Source: an uncultured delta proteobacterium (lineage in GTDB: Bacteria > Desulfobacterota > Binatia > Binatales > Binataceae). From it: DNA of 64,000 nucleotides. Positions 18,980 through 28,385 of the stretch are shown piece by piece. The stretch lies in assembly GCA_963765675.1 (NCBI GenBank), contig CAVXXK010000001.1:1536001-1600000 (forward strand), given 5' to 3'. The first letter of the stretch is position 1; the number at the start of each line of letters is the position of its first letter. The notes beneath the pieces are model-generated. The model did no database searches, was not told where the DNA came from, and worked only from the letters and a program-made list of their open reading frames with translations. Both the position numbers and the translations under genes were made by a program.

Positions 18980-19504
18980 TTAGTCGGGGATAGCCGCGCG
19001 GGTGCGCTCGAAGGCGGCGAGTCCGGCAGCGTCGAACAGGACGAATTCGACGCGCTCGATGCTTGTGAGGCCGCGAAGATGCTCGCGAACCTCGTCGAGC
19101 ATGACGCGGGCGCATCGATCGATCGGGAACCCGGCGATTCCCGTCCCGATTGCCGGAAACGCGATCGACTTGAGTCCCTTTTCGTTTGCGCGCTTGAGCG
19201 AATTGCGCGTCGCCGCGCGCAGGTGCGCTTCAGTCGTGCTGCCGCCCAGGCGCATGCTCGCGGCGTGAATCACGAATTTTGACGGCAGACGTCCGGCGCC
19301 GGTAATTGCCGCCTCGCCGATCGCGATCGGTCCGAGGCGGTCGCATTCCTCCTGAATCGCCGGACCGCCCTTGCTTCTGATCGCTCCCGCGACGCCGCCG
19401 CCAAGTAACAGATCGTTGTTGGCGGCGTTCACGATCGCGTCGGTCCTGGCTTCGGTCAGATCGCCCTGGCGGAGTTTCACCCTGCCGCGCCATCCTGTTC
19501 CCAT
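18980..19504 (-). CDS. Macro domain protein (ADP-ribose/O-acetyl-ADP-ribose hydrolase family)
   Basis: QGDLT, DAIVNAAN, GGGVAGAI, VIHA, SIAFPAIGTGIAGFP. Confidence 0.93.
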   Translation of the reverse strand: MGTGWRGRVKLRQGDLTEARTDAIVNAANNDLLLGGGVAGAIRSKGGPAIQEECDRLGPIAIGEAAITGAGRLPSKFVIHAASMRLGGSTTEAHLRAATRNSLKRANEKGLKSIAFPAIGTGIAGFPIDRCARVMLDEVREHLRGLTSIERVEFVLFDAAGLAAFERTRAAIPD

Positions 19505-19569
19505 CGGAAAACCTCCATCGCGATGCGCCGCGAGTGCGCACCACTTCTGCTATTATCTCGCCATCCGCG

Positions 19570-21162
19570 ATGATCCAAAGGCGGGCGGCGGTTTATGCGA
19601 TGAGGCGGGGCAGGGCGCGGTCGGGTGCGATTGCAGTTGCGCTATGCGCGATTGCTGCGAGCGCGTGCGCGCGGCCGGCGCAGGAGCGGATTCCCGGACG
19701 AATCCAGGTCGATATCGAAAGTTCGCCGACTTCCACCGACCCGCGCTTCGCGACCGACGCGATTTCATCGCGCGTGAACGAATTGGTCTTCGATTCCCTG
19801 GTCAAGATTTCGCGCGAGGGCGAGTTCGTCGGCGATCTTGCCGAAAGTATCGAGCGGCCCGACCCGACGACGCTCGTCTTTCATTTGAAGCACGGAGTTC
19901 GCTTCAGCAATGGCCGCGAGCTCACCGCGAGCGACGTAAAGTTCACCTACGATTCGATTCTCGCGCCGGCCTCGATGTCGGCCAAGCGCGCCGGGATGGT
20001 CGAGCTTGCGTCGGTCACCGCACCCGACGACTACACCCTCACGATGACGACGCGGCATCCGTACGCGCCGGCCCTGGAAATCGCGATGCAGGGAGTCGTG
20101 CCGGCCGGCACTCCTCTGCCGGCAAAAAGCGCCTCGGCAGGGCCGCCCGGGACCGGGCCGTTTGAGATGCGCTCGTACCGGCGCGACGAATCTGTGACGC
20201 TCGCGCGAAATCCCTACCGCGCCGCTGCGCCTGCCACCGCACGCGAAATTCTGTTCAAGGTGGTTCCCGATCCGACGGTGCGCGCGCTCGAACTGGCCGA
20301 AGGTATCTGCGACCTTTCCGAAAATAATCTCGAAGCTACCGTTCTGCCGTGGCTGGCGAGCCATAAGACGCTGGAAATCAGCAATACAGCCGGAACAACG
20401 TACAAATATCTGGCGTTCAATTTCCGCGATCCGCGCCTGCGCGATCTGCGTGTGCGGCGCGCGATCGCATACTCAATCGACCGCGCAGCAATAGTCAGTT
20501 CGATGCTGCATGGAACCGCGCGTATTGCGACTGGGATGCTCACGCCCGAGAGTTGGGCGTACGACGGCGACGTTGCGACCTATGGCTACGATCCTGCCGC
20601 CGCGCGCCGCCTGCTCGACGAGGCCGGCTACCGCGCCGACGCTCGCGGGATGCGCGATCTGCGCTTCGAGTACAAAACCACGCCCGAGGGCGCGCGCCTG
20701 GCCGAAGTTTTTCAAGCGATGCTCAAGCGGGTTGGAATCCGGCTCGACATTCGCACGCTCGAATGGGCGACGTACTACGGCGACATCCAGCGCGGCGAAT
20801 TCGAGTTGACCTCGCTGCAGTGGGTCGGAATTGAGGATCCGAATTATTACTACATGGTATTTGATTCCGCGATGGCACCGCCGCATGGCAGCACCAATCG
20901 CGGCTACTATTCGAATCCTGAAATGGATGCGCTGGTGGAGGCGGGCCAGCGGACGATCGATCCAACCGCGCGCAAGAAAATTTACGCGAGCGTGCAAAAG
21001 CTCGCCGCCGATGATTTGCCCTACGTCTCGCTGTGGTGGGTCAACACCGTTGCGGTTCTCAACCGGGACCTGAATGGTTTCGACCCCTATCCTAACGGAA
21101 GCTTGCGCTCGCTCGCGCGAATAACACTCGCCGAGCCCGGCGGCGCGGAGCCGGCGCAATGA
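19570..21162 (+). CDS. Peptide/nickel ABC transporter substrate-binding lipoprotein (family 5)
   Basis: Lipobox ASAC; FSNGRELTASDVKFT, GTGPF, DLRVRRAIAYSIDR; start uncertain. Confidence 0.92.
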   Translation: MIQRRAAVYAMRRGRARSGAIAVALCAIAASACARPAQERIPGRIQVDIESSPTSTDPRFATDAISSRVNELVFDSLVKISREGEFVGDLAESIERPDPTTLVFHLKHGVRFSNGRELTASDVKFTYDSILAPASMSAKRAGMVELASVTAPDDYTLTMTTRHPYAPALEIAMQGVVPAGTPLPAKSASAGPPGTGPFEMRSYRRDESVTLARNPYRAAAPATAREILFKVVPDPTVRALELAEGICDLSENNLEATVLPWLASHKTLEISNTAGTTYKYLAFNFRDPRLRDLRVRRAIAYSIDRAAIVSSMLHGTARIATGMLTPESWAYDGDVATYGYDPAAARRLLDEAGYRADARGMRDLRFEYKTTPEGARLAEVFQAMLKRVGIRLDIRTLEWATYYGDIQRGEFELTSLQWVGIEDPNYYYMVFDSAMAPPHGSTNRGYYSNPEMDALVEAGQRTIDPTARKKIYASVQKLAADDLPYVSLWWVNTVAVLNRDLNGFDPYPNGSLRSLARITLAEPGGAEPAQ

Positions 21163-22079
21163 TCCGTTACCTGGCTCGCAGGATGCTCGCGCTGATTCCG
21201 GTCGCGCTCGGCGTCGCGACGCTGACCTTTGCGCTGATCCATCTGGTACCCGGCGATCCGGTGGTCGCGATGCTTGGCGATACCGCCGCGCCCGCGGACC
21301 TCGCGGGGATGCGCCATCAGCTCGGCCTCGATCGCCCAATCGCCGCGCAGTACGCGTCGTTCATCACCGGCCTGGCGCACGGCGACCTTGGTGAATCGAT
21401 TTCCTATCACCAACCCGTAGCACGCCTGATCGCAGAGCGATTTCCGGCGACACTCGAGCTAGCGGGCGCGGGCCTGCTGGTCGCGATTCTGATTGCCTTT
21501 CCTCTCGGATTCATCGCCGGTGCGAAACCCGGCAGCGTCGGCGACGTCGGCGCGATGGGCTTCGCGATTCTCGGTATCTCGGTGCCGCACATCTACCTCG
21601 GCCCGCTGCTGATGATTCTGTTCTCGCTCGACCTGCGATGGTTCCCGCTGACCGGACGCGGCGGTCTTGCGCATCTGGTATTGCCCGCCGTTACGCTCGG
21701 GACCGCGCTCGCCGCGATCATCGCGCGGATGCTGCGCCAGAGCCTGATCGCGGTGGGCGCGAGCGACTATATGCGCACCGCGCTCAGCAAGGGGCTCAGT
21801 CCCACGGCCGCGCTTTTGCGCCACGGGCTTCGCAATGCGATGACCTCGGTAATCACGCTGCTCGGTCTCGAACTCGGAGGATTGCTCACCGGCGCACTGA
21901 TCGTCGAGATGATTTTTTCCTGGCCGGGGCTGGGCCGGATGCTGATAGCCGCGATCAGCGCGCGCGATTATCCGCTGGTCGAAGGGTGTGTTCTCACCTT
22001 CGCGCTGACCTACGTCGTGGTAAACATGGCGACTGACTTCGTCTATGCGCTGGTCGATCCGCGCGTGAGTCTCAAGTGA
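21159..22079 (+). CDS. ABC permease, DppB-like
   Basis: VPGDPV, GDLGES, RFPATLELA, DYMRTALSKGL, EMIFSWPGLG, RDYPLV. Confidence 0.93.
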   Translation: MIRYLARRMLALIPVALGVATLTFALIHLVPGDPVVAMLGDTAAPADLAGMRHQLGLDRPIAAQYASFITGLAHGDLGESISYHQPVARLIAERFPATLELAGAGLLVAILIAFPLGFIAGAKPGSVGDVGAMGFAILGISVPHIYLGPLLMILFSLDLRWFPLTGRGGLAHLVLPAVTLGTALAAIIARMLRQSLIAVGASDYMRTALSKGLSPTAALLRHGLRNAMTSVITLLGLELGGLLTGALIVEMIFSWPGLGRMLIAAISARDYPLVEGCVLTFALTYVVVNMATDFVYALVDPRVSLK

Positions 22080-22888
22080 AGGGCATGGGTAAAAGCCCAT
22101 CACTGGCGGTCGGCGGCGCGATCGTCGTGATACTCATTGGCGCCGCGCTATTCGGTCCAGCATTGGCGCATCGCGATCCGCTCGCGGTCGATCTCGCGAG
22201 TGCGCTCGCCGCCCCGAGCCTCGCGCATCCTTTTGGATGCGACGCCCTGGGGCGCGACGTCTTTGCGCGCGTGATGTGGGGAGCGCGGCTTTCGCTCGGA
22301 GTGTCGGTCTCGGTAGTTTTCTTTTCGCTGGTCGTTGGTGGATTGATCGGCGGCGCGGCGGGCCTGGCGGGCGGGCGTATCGACAACCTGGTGATGCGCG
22401 CGGTCGATATCGTGCTCGCATTTCCAGGAATCCTGCTCGCGATCGCGATGGCCGCGATTCTCGGCCCGGGTCTGATCGATCTCGTGATCGCGTTGACCGC
22501 GATGGGATGGACCGGATACGCGCGCGTGGTCCGCGGCGAAGTGCTCTCCCTGCGCGAGCGCGAATACGTCCACGCCGCCAACGCGCTCGGCGCCCGCCCG
22601 GCGCGCGTCCTCCTGCGTCACATGCTGCCGGCGGTTGCAGGCCCGGTTGCAGTTCAGGCGACATTTGGAATCGGCGGGATAATCGGCGCTGAAGCGGCGC
22701 TGTCGTTTCTTGGGCTCGGCGCGCTTCCTCCAACGCCAAGCTGGGGCAACATGCTCGACGCCGGCCGCGAGTTCCTGTTGATCGCCCCGCATCTGACGAC
22801 GGCGCCGGGCGTCGCAATCGGCCTCGCAATCCTCGGCTTCAACCTCCTCGGCGACGGATTAGCCGCTCTAGCCGGCCGCTCCGGCTGA
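22076..22888 (+). CDS. ABC permease, DppC-like
   Basis: HPFGCDALGRDVFAR, LAFPGILL, EAALSFLGLG, PSWGNML. Confidence 0.93.
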   Translation: MKGMGKSPSLAVGGAIVVILIGAALFGPALAHRDPLAVDLASALAAPSLAHPFGCDALGRDVFARVMWGARLSLGVSVSVVFFSLVVGGLIGGAAGLAGGRIDNLVMRAVDIVLAFPGILLAIAMAAILGPGLIDLVIALTAMGWTGYARVVRGEVLSLREREYVHAANALGARPARVLLRHMLPAVAGPVAVQATFGIGGIIGAEAALSFLGLGALPPTPSWGNMLDAGREFLLIAPHLTTAPGVAIGLAILGFNLLGDGLAALAGRSG

Positions 22889-22914
22889 TTCAGGCCCTGC
22901 TCGTTTCTGAGGGA

Positions 22915-23223
22915 TGACGCTTCGCGTCAGCGGGCGGGCCGCCCGCCACTACTATTGGAAAGAGGCAGTCGATAAAAAACAGACAGTCGATGGAGGAATT
23001 CTGTCCGTCATCCTGAGCCGCAGGCGAAGGATCTCCGCGAAGCGATTGGTGCGCACAGCCCGGGTTGGTTGCACTAATCGCTTCGCGGAGATCCTTCATG
23101 GAGCCTGCCCCGAGCAATGTCGAAGGGGCAACCTCCGTTCAGGACGACAACCAAGGGTTCTGTTGCTGAGAATCTTTTTCCGCCAGTAGCCACGGGCGGC
23201 CCGCCCGCCGACGCGGAGCGTCA
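22915..23223. repeat. Composite REP/MITE-like palindromic element
   Basis: About 50-bp imperfect inverted arms (GTAG plus CGGGCGG-C-CCGCCCG hairpin) flank an inner GTCATCCTGAG...TTCAGGACGAC unit with a 27-bp stem at 23026-23097. Confidence 0.8.
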
Positions 23224-23361
23224 ATCTTCGATCGCGCACGGCGTGGTTTGCAAAATTTCTGTGCGCGTCGCAGCCGCGCAATCGACAGCGTGCGCATATG
23301 TGAAACTTCGTGCTAGACGTTCATCGTGTGGGATATCTGAGAATCGGTAAGTAGCGAAACG

Positions 23362-24372
23362 ATGGAAAAGCAGGAACTGATAGAGCGCCTGGCGCGGTTC
23401 ATTTGCGACCAAGGCGGCTTCGCAAAAGTTGAAATCGAGAACTTCCTTCGCATGGCCGGCGGCGCGTCACGCGAGATTTGGTCATTCGACGCGGTGCTCG
23501 AAAAAAACGGCGCGAAGACGACTCGCGGACTGGTGCTGCGCCGCGACCCCGGCGAGCACAAGATCGACACGAACAGGAAGGCGGAATTCCTGGTGCTGCG
23601 CGCCGCGTTTCGCGAAGGTGTGCCAGTGCCGGAAGTGCTGTGGGTTAGCGATGATCCTGCCGTCCTCGGTGCTGCGTTCTTTGTCATGGAGCGCGTCGAA
23701 GGCGAGACCCTGGCGCGACGCTTACTACGCGACGCGGAGTACGCGCGGGCGCGCGAAGCGATGCCGGCGCAGCTAGCGCAGATTCTCGCGAAGATTCACC
23801 GCATCGATCCGAAAAAGCATCAACTCGACTTCCTGGCGCCGCCGGGCGAGAACGCGGCGCTTGCCGAAGTGCTCCGCTACGAGGAAAATTTTCGCCGGCT
23901 CGCGCTCGAACCGCATCCCGCGTTCGAGCTGGCATTCAGATGGCTACTCAGCCGGATTCCGAAGACGCCGCGCCAGACGCTGGTGCATGGCGACTATCGG
24001 ATCGGCAACGTGATCTTCGGACCCGACGGTGTCCGCTCGATCCTGGACTGGGAGCTGGCGCATCTGGGCGATCCGATGGAGGACGTAGGCTGGATGTGCG
24101 TGCGAGCGTGGCGTTTCGGCAACGATCGCAAACCGGTCGGTGGCCTCGGCTCGCGCGAGGATTTCTTTGCGGCATACGAAAAAGCCAGCGGCGCGCCGGT
24201 CGATCCGGAAGCGGCGCGCTTCTGGGAAGTGTTCGGCAACCTGCGCTGGGGGATTATCACGATCAGCCAGGCGCGCACGCATATCGACGGTTTCGTCAAG
24301 AGCGTCGAGCTTGCAAGTATCGGACGCCGGACCGCGGAAACCGAACTCGAGCTGCTCAACCTGATCGAATAA
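23362..24372 (+). CDS. APH/choline-kinase-like phosphotransferase (LvaA/ACAD10-11 kinase-like)
   Basis: GGASRE, VLRRDP, GVPVPEV, FFVMERVEG, LVHGDYRIGN, ILDWELAHLGDPMED. Confidence 0.9.
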   Translation: MEKQELIERLARFICDQGGFAKVEIENFLRMAGGASREIWSFDAVLEKNGAKTTRGLVLRRDPGEHKIDTNRKAEFLVLRAAFREGVPVPEVLWVSDDPAVLGAAFFVMERVEGETLARRLLRDAEYARAREAMPAQLAQILAKIHRIDPKKHQLDFLAPPGENAALAEVLRYEENFRRLALEPHPAFELAFRWLLSRIPKTPRQTLVHGDYRIGNVIFGPDGVRSILDWELAHLGDPMEDVGWMCVRAWRFGNDRKPVGGLGSREDFFAAYEKASGAPVDPEAARFWEVFGNLRWGIITISQARTHIDGFVKSVELASIGRRTAETELELLNLIE

Positions 24373-24393
24373 CCACTGCGGAAGTATACTTAG

Positions 24394-24816
24394 ATGCAGG
24401 ATCGACCGAGCGCAATTGAATTACTCGAAGCCGCGGCGGATTTCGTCGACGGCGAGATCGTAACTGCGACTTCTGGCCGCGTGCAGTTCCAAAGCCGCGT
24501 GGTGGCCAACGTGATGCGGATCGTCGCGCGCGAGATTCGCAACGAGGACCCGTTCGCGCGCGCCGAGATGCGCTCGCTCGCTGCGCTGCTCAAGTGCGAA
24601 TCGCCGCACGTGCACGGACTCGACGACGTCCGCCGGGCCGCGGTCAAGCTCAACGAGGATTTGAGCGCGAAGATTCGCGCCGGCGAGGCTGACAGCGGCC
24701 CGTGGCGTTGCGAAGTGCTGGCCGCGGTGCGGCAGATCGTCGAGAACAAGCTCAGGATTGCGAATCCGCGCTACCTGGAGGCTGACCTCGCGATTCGCGC
24801 AGAACGGCCCGCCTGA
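24394..24816 (+). CDS. DUF6285/LvaB-like small partner protein
   Basis: MQDRPSAIELLEAAADF, FQSRVVANV, KLRIANPRY; directly follows the APH gene. Confidence 0.7.
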   Translation: MQDRPSAIELLEAAADFVDGEIVTATSGRVQFQSRVVANVMRIVAREIRNEDPFARAEMRSLAALLKCESPHVHGLDDVRRAAVKLNEDLSAKIRAGEADSGPWRCEVLAAVRQIVENKLRIANPRYLEADLAIRAERPA

Positions 24817-24879
24817 ACGGCTGTTAGGCTGAGCGAGCAGCCGCGTGGTAAAGAAAAGAATATCCAATTATCCACGGAG

Positions 24880-25896
24880 ATGACTTCGATGGCCGAACGA
24901 AAAGTAGTCCTGCTGGTGCAGGACGATCTGATGCACCCGAACACGGGCGAATCCAACTACAACGAAAGTGCTTACTACAACTTCTATGATCGCGAGCGGC
25001 ACGTTGGCGGTTTCGCGCGATTGGGCAATCGGGCCAACGAAGGCTACGCCGAAATGACGGTATGCTTTTATCTGCCCGACCATACCGTGGGCTTCATGTT
25101 CGGGCGTCCGAAAATCGAAAACAATCTTGCGCACGACGCGGGGGGACTGAAGTTTCAGGTGGTTAAGCCGTTCGAGCATCACCGCGTCACCTACCAGGGC
25201 AAATTATGCATACTCAAGAATCCGCTCGAGATGGCCGACCCCGCGGCAGCATTCAAGAGTAATCCATACGCCAAGGCGAACCTGGAAATTGACTATCGTG
25301 CGACCGCGCCCGGATGGGGCGGCGAGCTGCGTGAGAAATCCGGCGACGCGTGGGTCTCGATCCGCAACGACGGGGATGCCGAGGCGCAGTTCGCCAAGGG
25401 CCATCTCGAACAGCTCGGCCATGCTACAGGCCGCCTGGTTATCGGCGAGAGTGAATACAAGATCGACGGACTCGGGCTACGCGATCATAGTTGGGGGCCG
25501 CGCTATTGGCAGGCGCCGAAATATTATCGCTGGCTCACGATGAACTTCGACGAAGGTTTGGGCGCGATGGCGACCATCACAGTCAATCGCGACGGCAGCG
25601 AGCGCCCGGGCGGATTCATCGCACGCAAAGGCCAGCCATTTGTGCATATCCACAAAGTTGACGTGCAAACCGAATTCACCGGCGAGCAGCAGCTTCATGA
25701 TCGATTGCGCGTCACCGCGTGGACGACGGAAAGCGCCGAGCCGATCGTGATCACCGGCAAAGTGATCGGGATGATCCCGCTGCGCAACCGGCGCGCCGGA
25801 ATGATCACGCGAATCGCCGAAGGCATGACCGAATGGCGCTGGGGCGACAAGGTCGGCTACGGCCTTGCTGAGTACCTCGACCACTTCGACGAATAG
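24880..25896 (+). CDS. Conserved hypothetical protein (beta-rich, AttH/tocopherol-cyclase-like repeat)
   Basis: NESAYYNFYD, GHLEQ, GLRDHSWGPRYW, GYGLAEY. Confidence 0.7.
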   Translation: MTSMAERKVVLLVQDDLMHPNTGESNYNESAYYNFYDRERHVGGFARLGNRANEGYAEMTVCFYLPDHTVGFMFGRPKIENNLAHDAGGLKFQVVKPFEHHRVTYQGKLCILKNPLEMADPAAAFKSNPYAKANLEIDYRATAPGWGGELREKSGDAWVSIRNDGDAEAQFAKGHLEQLGHATGRLVIGESEYKIDGLGLRDHSWGPRYWQAPKYYRWLTMNFDEGLGAMATITVNRDGSERPGGFIARKGQPFVHIHKVDVQTEFTGEQQLHDRLRVTAWTTESAEPIVITGKVIGMIPLRNRRAGMITRIAEGMTEWRWGDKVGYGLAEYLDHFDE

Positions 25897-25909
25897 CAGC
25901 TCGCACTGA

Positions 25910-26947
25910 TTAGTTGATTTTCTTCAGCGCGGCCAGGCTTTTGCGATAGGGCGCTCGCGCGATGCCGCGTTCGGTGATGATTGCGCTGACCAGCCCGGCG
26001 GGAGTGACATCGAACGCAGGATTGAAGGCGCCAACTCCTCCAGGTGCTACCCGCTTGCCGGCGAATTCGGTGACCTCGCTCTGCGCGCGCTCTTCGATCG
26101 GAATATCAGCGCCCGAGCGGCAATTCAGATCGATCGAAGAAAGCGGTGCGGCTACGTAAAACGGCACGCCGTGGCGCCGCGCCATCACCGCCAGAGGATA
26201 GGTTCCGATCTTGTTGGCGACGTCGCCATTAGCCGCCGTACGATCGGTGCCGACGATTACGCAGCTCACGCCGCCGCGCGACAAGACCGTCGCCGCCATG
26301 TTATCGGCGATGACGGTGACCGGGATGTGGTCCTTGTGCAGCTCCCACGCGGTCAAGCGCGAGCCTTGCAGAAACGGGCGAGTCTCGTCGGCGAACACCC
26401 GGATTTCCTTGCCCGAATCCCGCGCCGCCCTAATCACGCCCAGCGCGGTGCCGTAGCCCGCGGTGGCGAGCGCGCCTGCGTTGCAGTGAGTCAGGACCAC
26501 CGAGGGATCCTCGAGCAGCGCGGCGCCGTGGCGGCCGAGCGCGCGATTGACGGCCAGGTCTTCGTTGTAGATTGCGATTGCTTCGTCGCGCATCCGGCGA
26601 AAGAGTTTGTCGCTGTCGAGTGACAGATTAGCGTTCAGCACCGTGCGCATCCTCTCGATCGCCCAGGCGAGGTTGACCGCCGTGGGCCGCGTGGCCCGCA
26701 ACGTTTCCGAAACGCTCTCGAAGCGCTTGAGTGCGGCGCGCGCGCTTACTCCTTTCATTCCGAGCGCAATACCCATCGCCGCGGCAACACCGATCGCGGG
26801 AGCCCCGCGAATTACCATCGTGCGAATAGCTTCGGCGATTCCGCGATAGTCACGGTAAGTGCGTATCACTTCGCGCCCGGGAAGCAGGCGCTGGTCGATC
26901 ATGCGTACCGTATCAGCACGCCATTCAATCGTTTTTACGGTCATCAA
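25910..26947 (-). CDS. mtnA: S-methyl-5-thioribose-1-phosphate isomerase
   Basis: IDQRLLP, MVIRGAPAIG, TRPTAVNL, THCNAGALAT, ETRPFLQGSRLT, NKIGTY, NPAFDVTP. Confidence 0.96.
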   Translation of the reverse strand: MMTVKTIEWRADTVRMIDQRLLPGREVIRTYRDYRGIAEAIRTMVIRGAPAIGVAAAMGIALGMKGVSARAALKRFESVSETLRATRPTAVNLAWAIERMRTVLNANLSLDSDKLFRRMRDEAIAIYNEDLAVNRALGRHGAALLEDPSVVLTHCNAGALATAGYGTALGVIRAARDSGKEIRVFADETRPFLQGSRLTAWELHKDHIPVTVIADNMAATVLSRGGVSCVIVGTDRTAANGDVANKIGTYPLAVMARRHGVPFYVAAPLSSIDLNCRSGADIPIEERAQSEVTEFAGKRVAPGGVGAFNPAFDVTPAGLVSAIITERGIARAPYRKSLAALKKIN

Positions 26948-26956
26948 CCGCTACTC

Positions 26957-27000
26957 AAATAGAAAATACGTTTGCTGCCCGTTTTCCGGACAGCAAACGT
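26957..27000 (-). terminator. Probable intrinsic terminator after the 27042-27449 gene
   Basis: Minus strand ACGTTTGCTGTCCG-GAAAA-CGGGCAGCAAACGT followed by ATTTTCTATTT. Confidence 0.6.
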
Positions 27001-27041
27001 TTGCGAAGAACTGAGATGATGAAGGGTGCGGCCGCGAGTGG

Positions 27042-27449
27042 TTAGACGCGCTCGTAGACTCCGCGCGATTTGCGCTTGGCCACGCCGCCCTCGATCCATC
27101 GCGTAATCGCGGCGAAGATCTCCGACGGGCGTTTGCCTTTTAGTCCACGCACTCCGCGCACGTCTGCGGCTTTGAACTGTTTGGGCAACTGACCCAATAT
27201 CTCTTTCCAATTGATTCGGCCGCCGCGTCCGCCGCGGCGAGCAGGCGCTTTCGCCTGTGCCCGTGCGACACCCACTCCCGCGCCGCCGCCGATCAGGCGG
27301 CTCAAGTTGGATTCTTCTGCCTGGAGGCGTTTGAGTTCCGCCTCATGAACCTGGATCTGCCGGTGCAGATCGCCCAATAAAGTACGGGCCTGACGCTGCA
27401 CCTGCTTCAATGCTGACGTAATACCGTCAGCGCTCTTCTTCCTCGGCAT
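27042..27449 (-). CDS. Basic hypothetical protein: coiled coil, RGG linker, putative DNA-binding domain
   Basis: GAGGAG upstream; heptad-like LHRQIQVHEAELKRLQAEESNL; ARRGGRGGR; C-terminal RWIEGGVAKRKSRGVY. Confidence 0.75.
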   Translation of the reverse strand: MPRKKSADGITSALKQVQRQARTLLGDLHRQIQVHEAELKRLQAEESNLSRLIGGGAGVGVARAQAKAPARRGGRGGRINWKEILGQLPKQFKAADVRGVRGLKGKRPSEIFAAITRWIEGGVAKRKSRGVYERV

Positions 27450-28385
27450 CTTACTCGGCTCCTCTCATCACGGTCGTAACGATCACTACTGCTTATTCGA
27501 TCAACGTTACACAAATTTAATGCTACCACAAGATGAGGCATCGCATATCGCGAATAGATATGCACAGAAATTCTCATGGTATATTTCCCAGTACGGATCG
27601 TTGCTCTGACTTGAGTGAAGAACCACAAATCAACTGCAACTGAGATCGTCCGATACTTCGTTCGAGTTGCGCGTGCCGAGGTGTTGAGCGCGTCGCTCGC
27701 GAGATGATTCGCCGCCCGCAATCACAATTGAACGTGCGAGGATTGACGCTCAAATTTTTAAACGGCATCGGTCACGATTTTTGAGCTATTCCAATCGCGA
27801 CCCGGCCGGCAACGTGCCGGGAGTTTTTGCAATGCGCAACGCTGCATGCTGGAAGATTCGGCGCCGGTCCGATCAGTGATCATCGGCGGGAGGCGACGCG
27901 ATCGAGGACTATGAATGTCAGCGGTCTCCTAGCGCTTCCAACGATCGCGGGCTCGTCCGTAATGCTTTAAAACGTGGCAAAAGCCTCACAATTGGGCGGC
28001 AGTATCGGCAGGAAGAGAGTGCATCCACAGATGAACAATCGTTAACATTCGTTCGTCCGGCGCGTTAACGGCAGCTTCAGGGCGCGTACCAAAGGAAACC
28101 GCGTGGGCTGAGCACGCGGATTGCTATTGGAAATAACAATCCAAATGTGAATAGTCTTCGGTTACGAATTCCTGTGAACACTGAGTTAAGTCTCTCGGAC
28201 AAGAATGGCTCCGGAGCTATTTTTACAACTACCTCAATGGTAGAATTTTCGAAGCTTTCAGAGGTGCGCTGTCTAACCTGCCCGTCCGATTTATTCCCGC
28301 CGACACAATACGGAGTTAGTGCCACCGGAGCGTGCCGCGCGTTCGGAAGTCCAGGAAGACTTGGAGCAGCGCCGGGGAGAAGTTA

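Noticed and set aside
18119-19504. Macro domain plus GNAT as a joint defence or ADP-ribosylation system
   Set aside because: The TA pair has its own promoter and operator, the macro protein looks like a housekeeping YmdB type, and no ADP-ribosyltransferase is nearby
22890-23412. Short ORFs over the repeat element
   Set aside because: They are translations of palindromic repeat DNA with no RBS or protein-like features
26948-27041. SAM riboswitch upstream of mtnA
   Set aside because: Only a terminator-like hairpin is present; no SAM-I or SAM-II consensus is recognisable in the short spacer
28250-28335. c-di-GMP-II riboswitch (GGAGTTAGTG...ACCGG resemblance)
   Set aside because: The upstream pseudoknot partner and kink-turn elements could not be found; an Infernal search is needed
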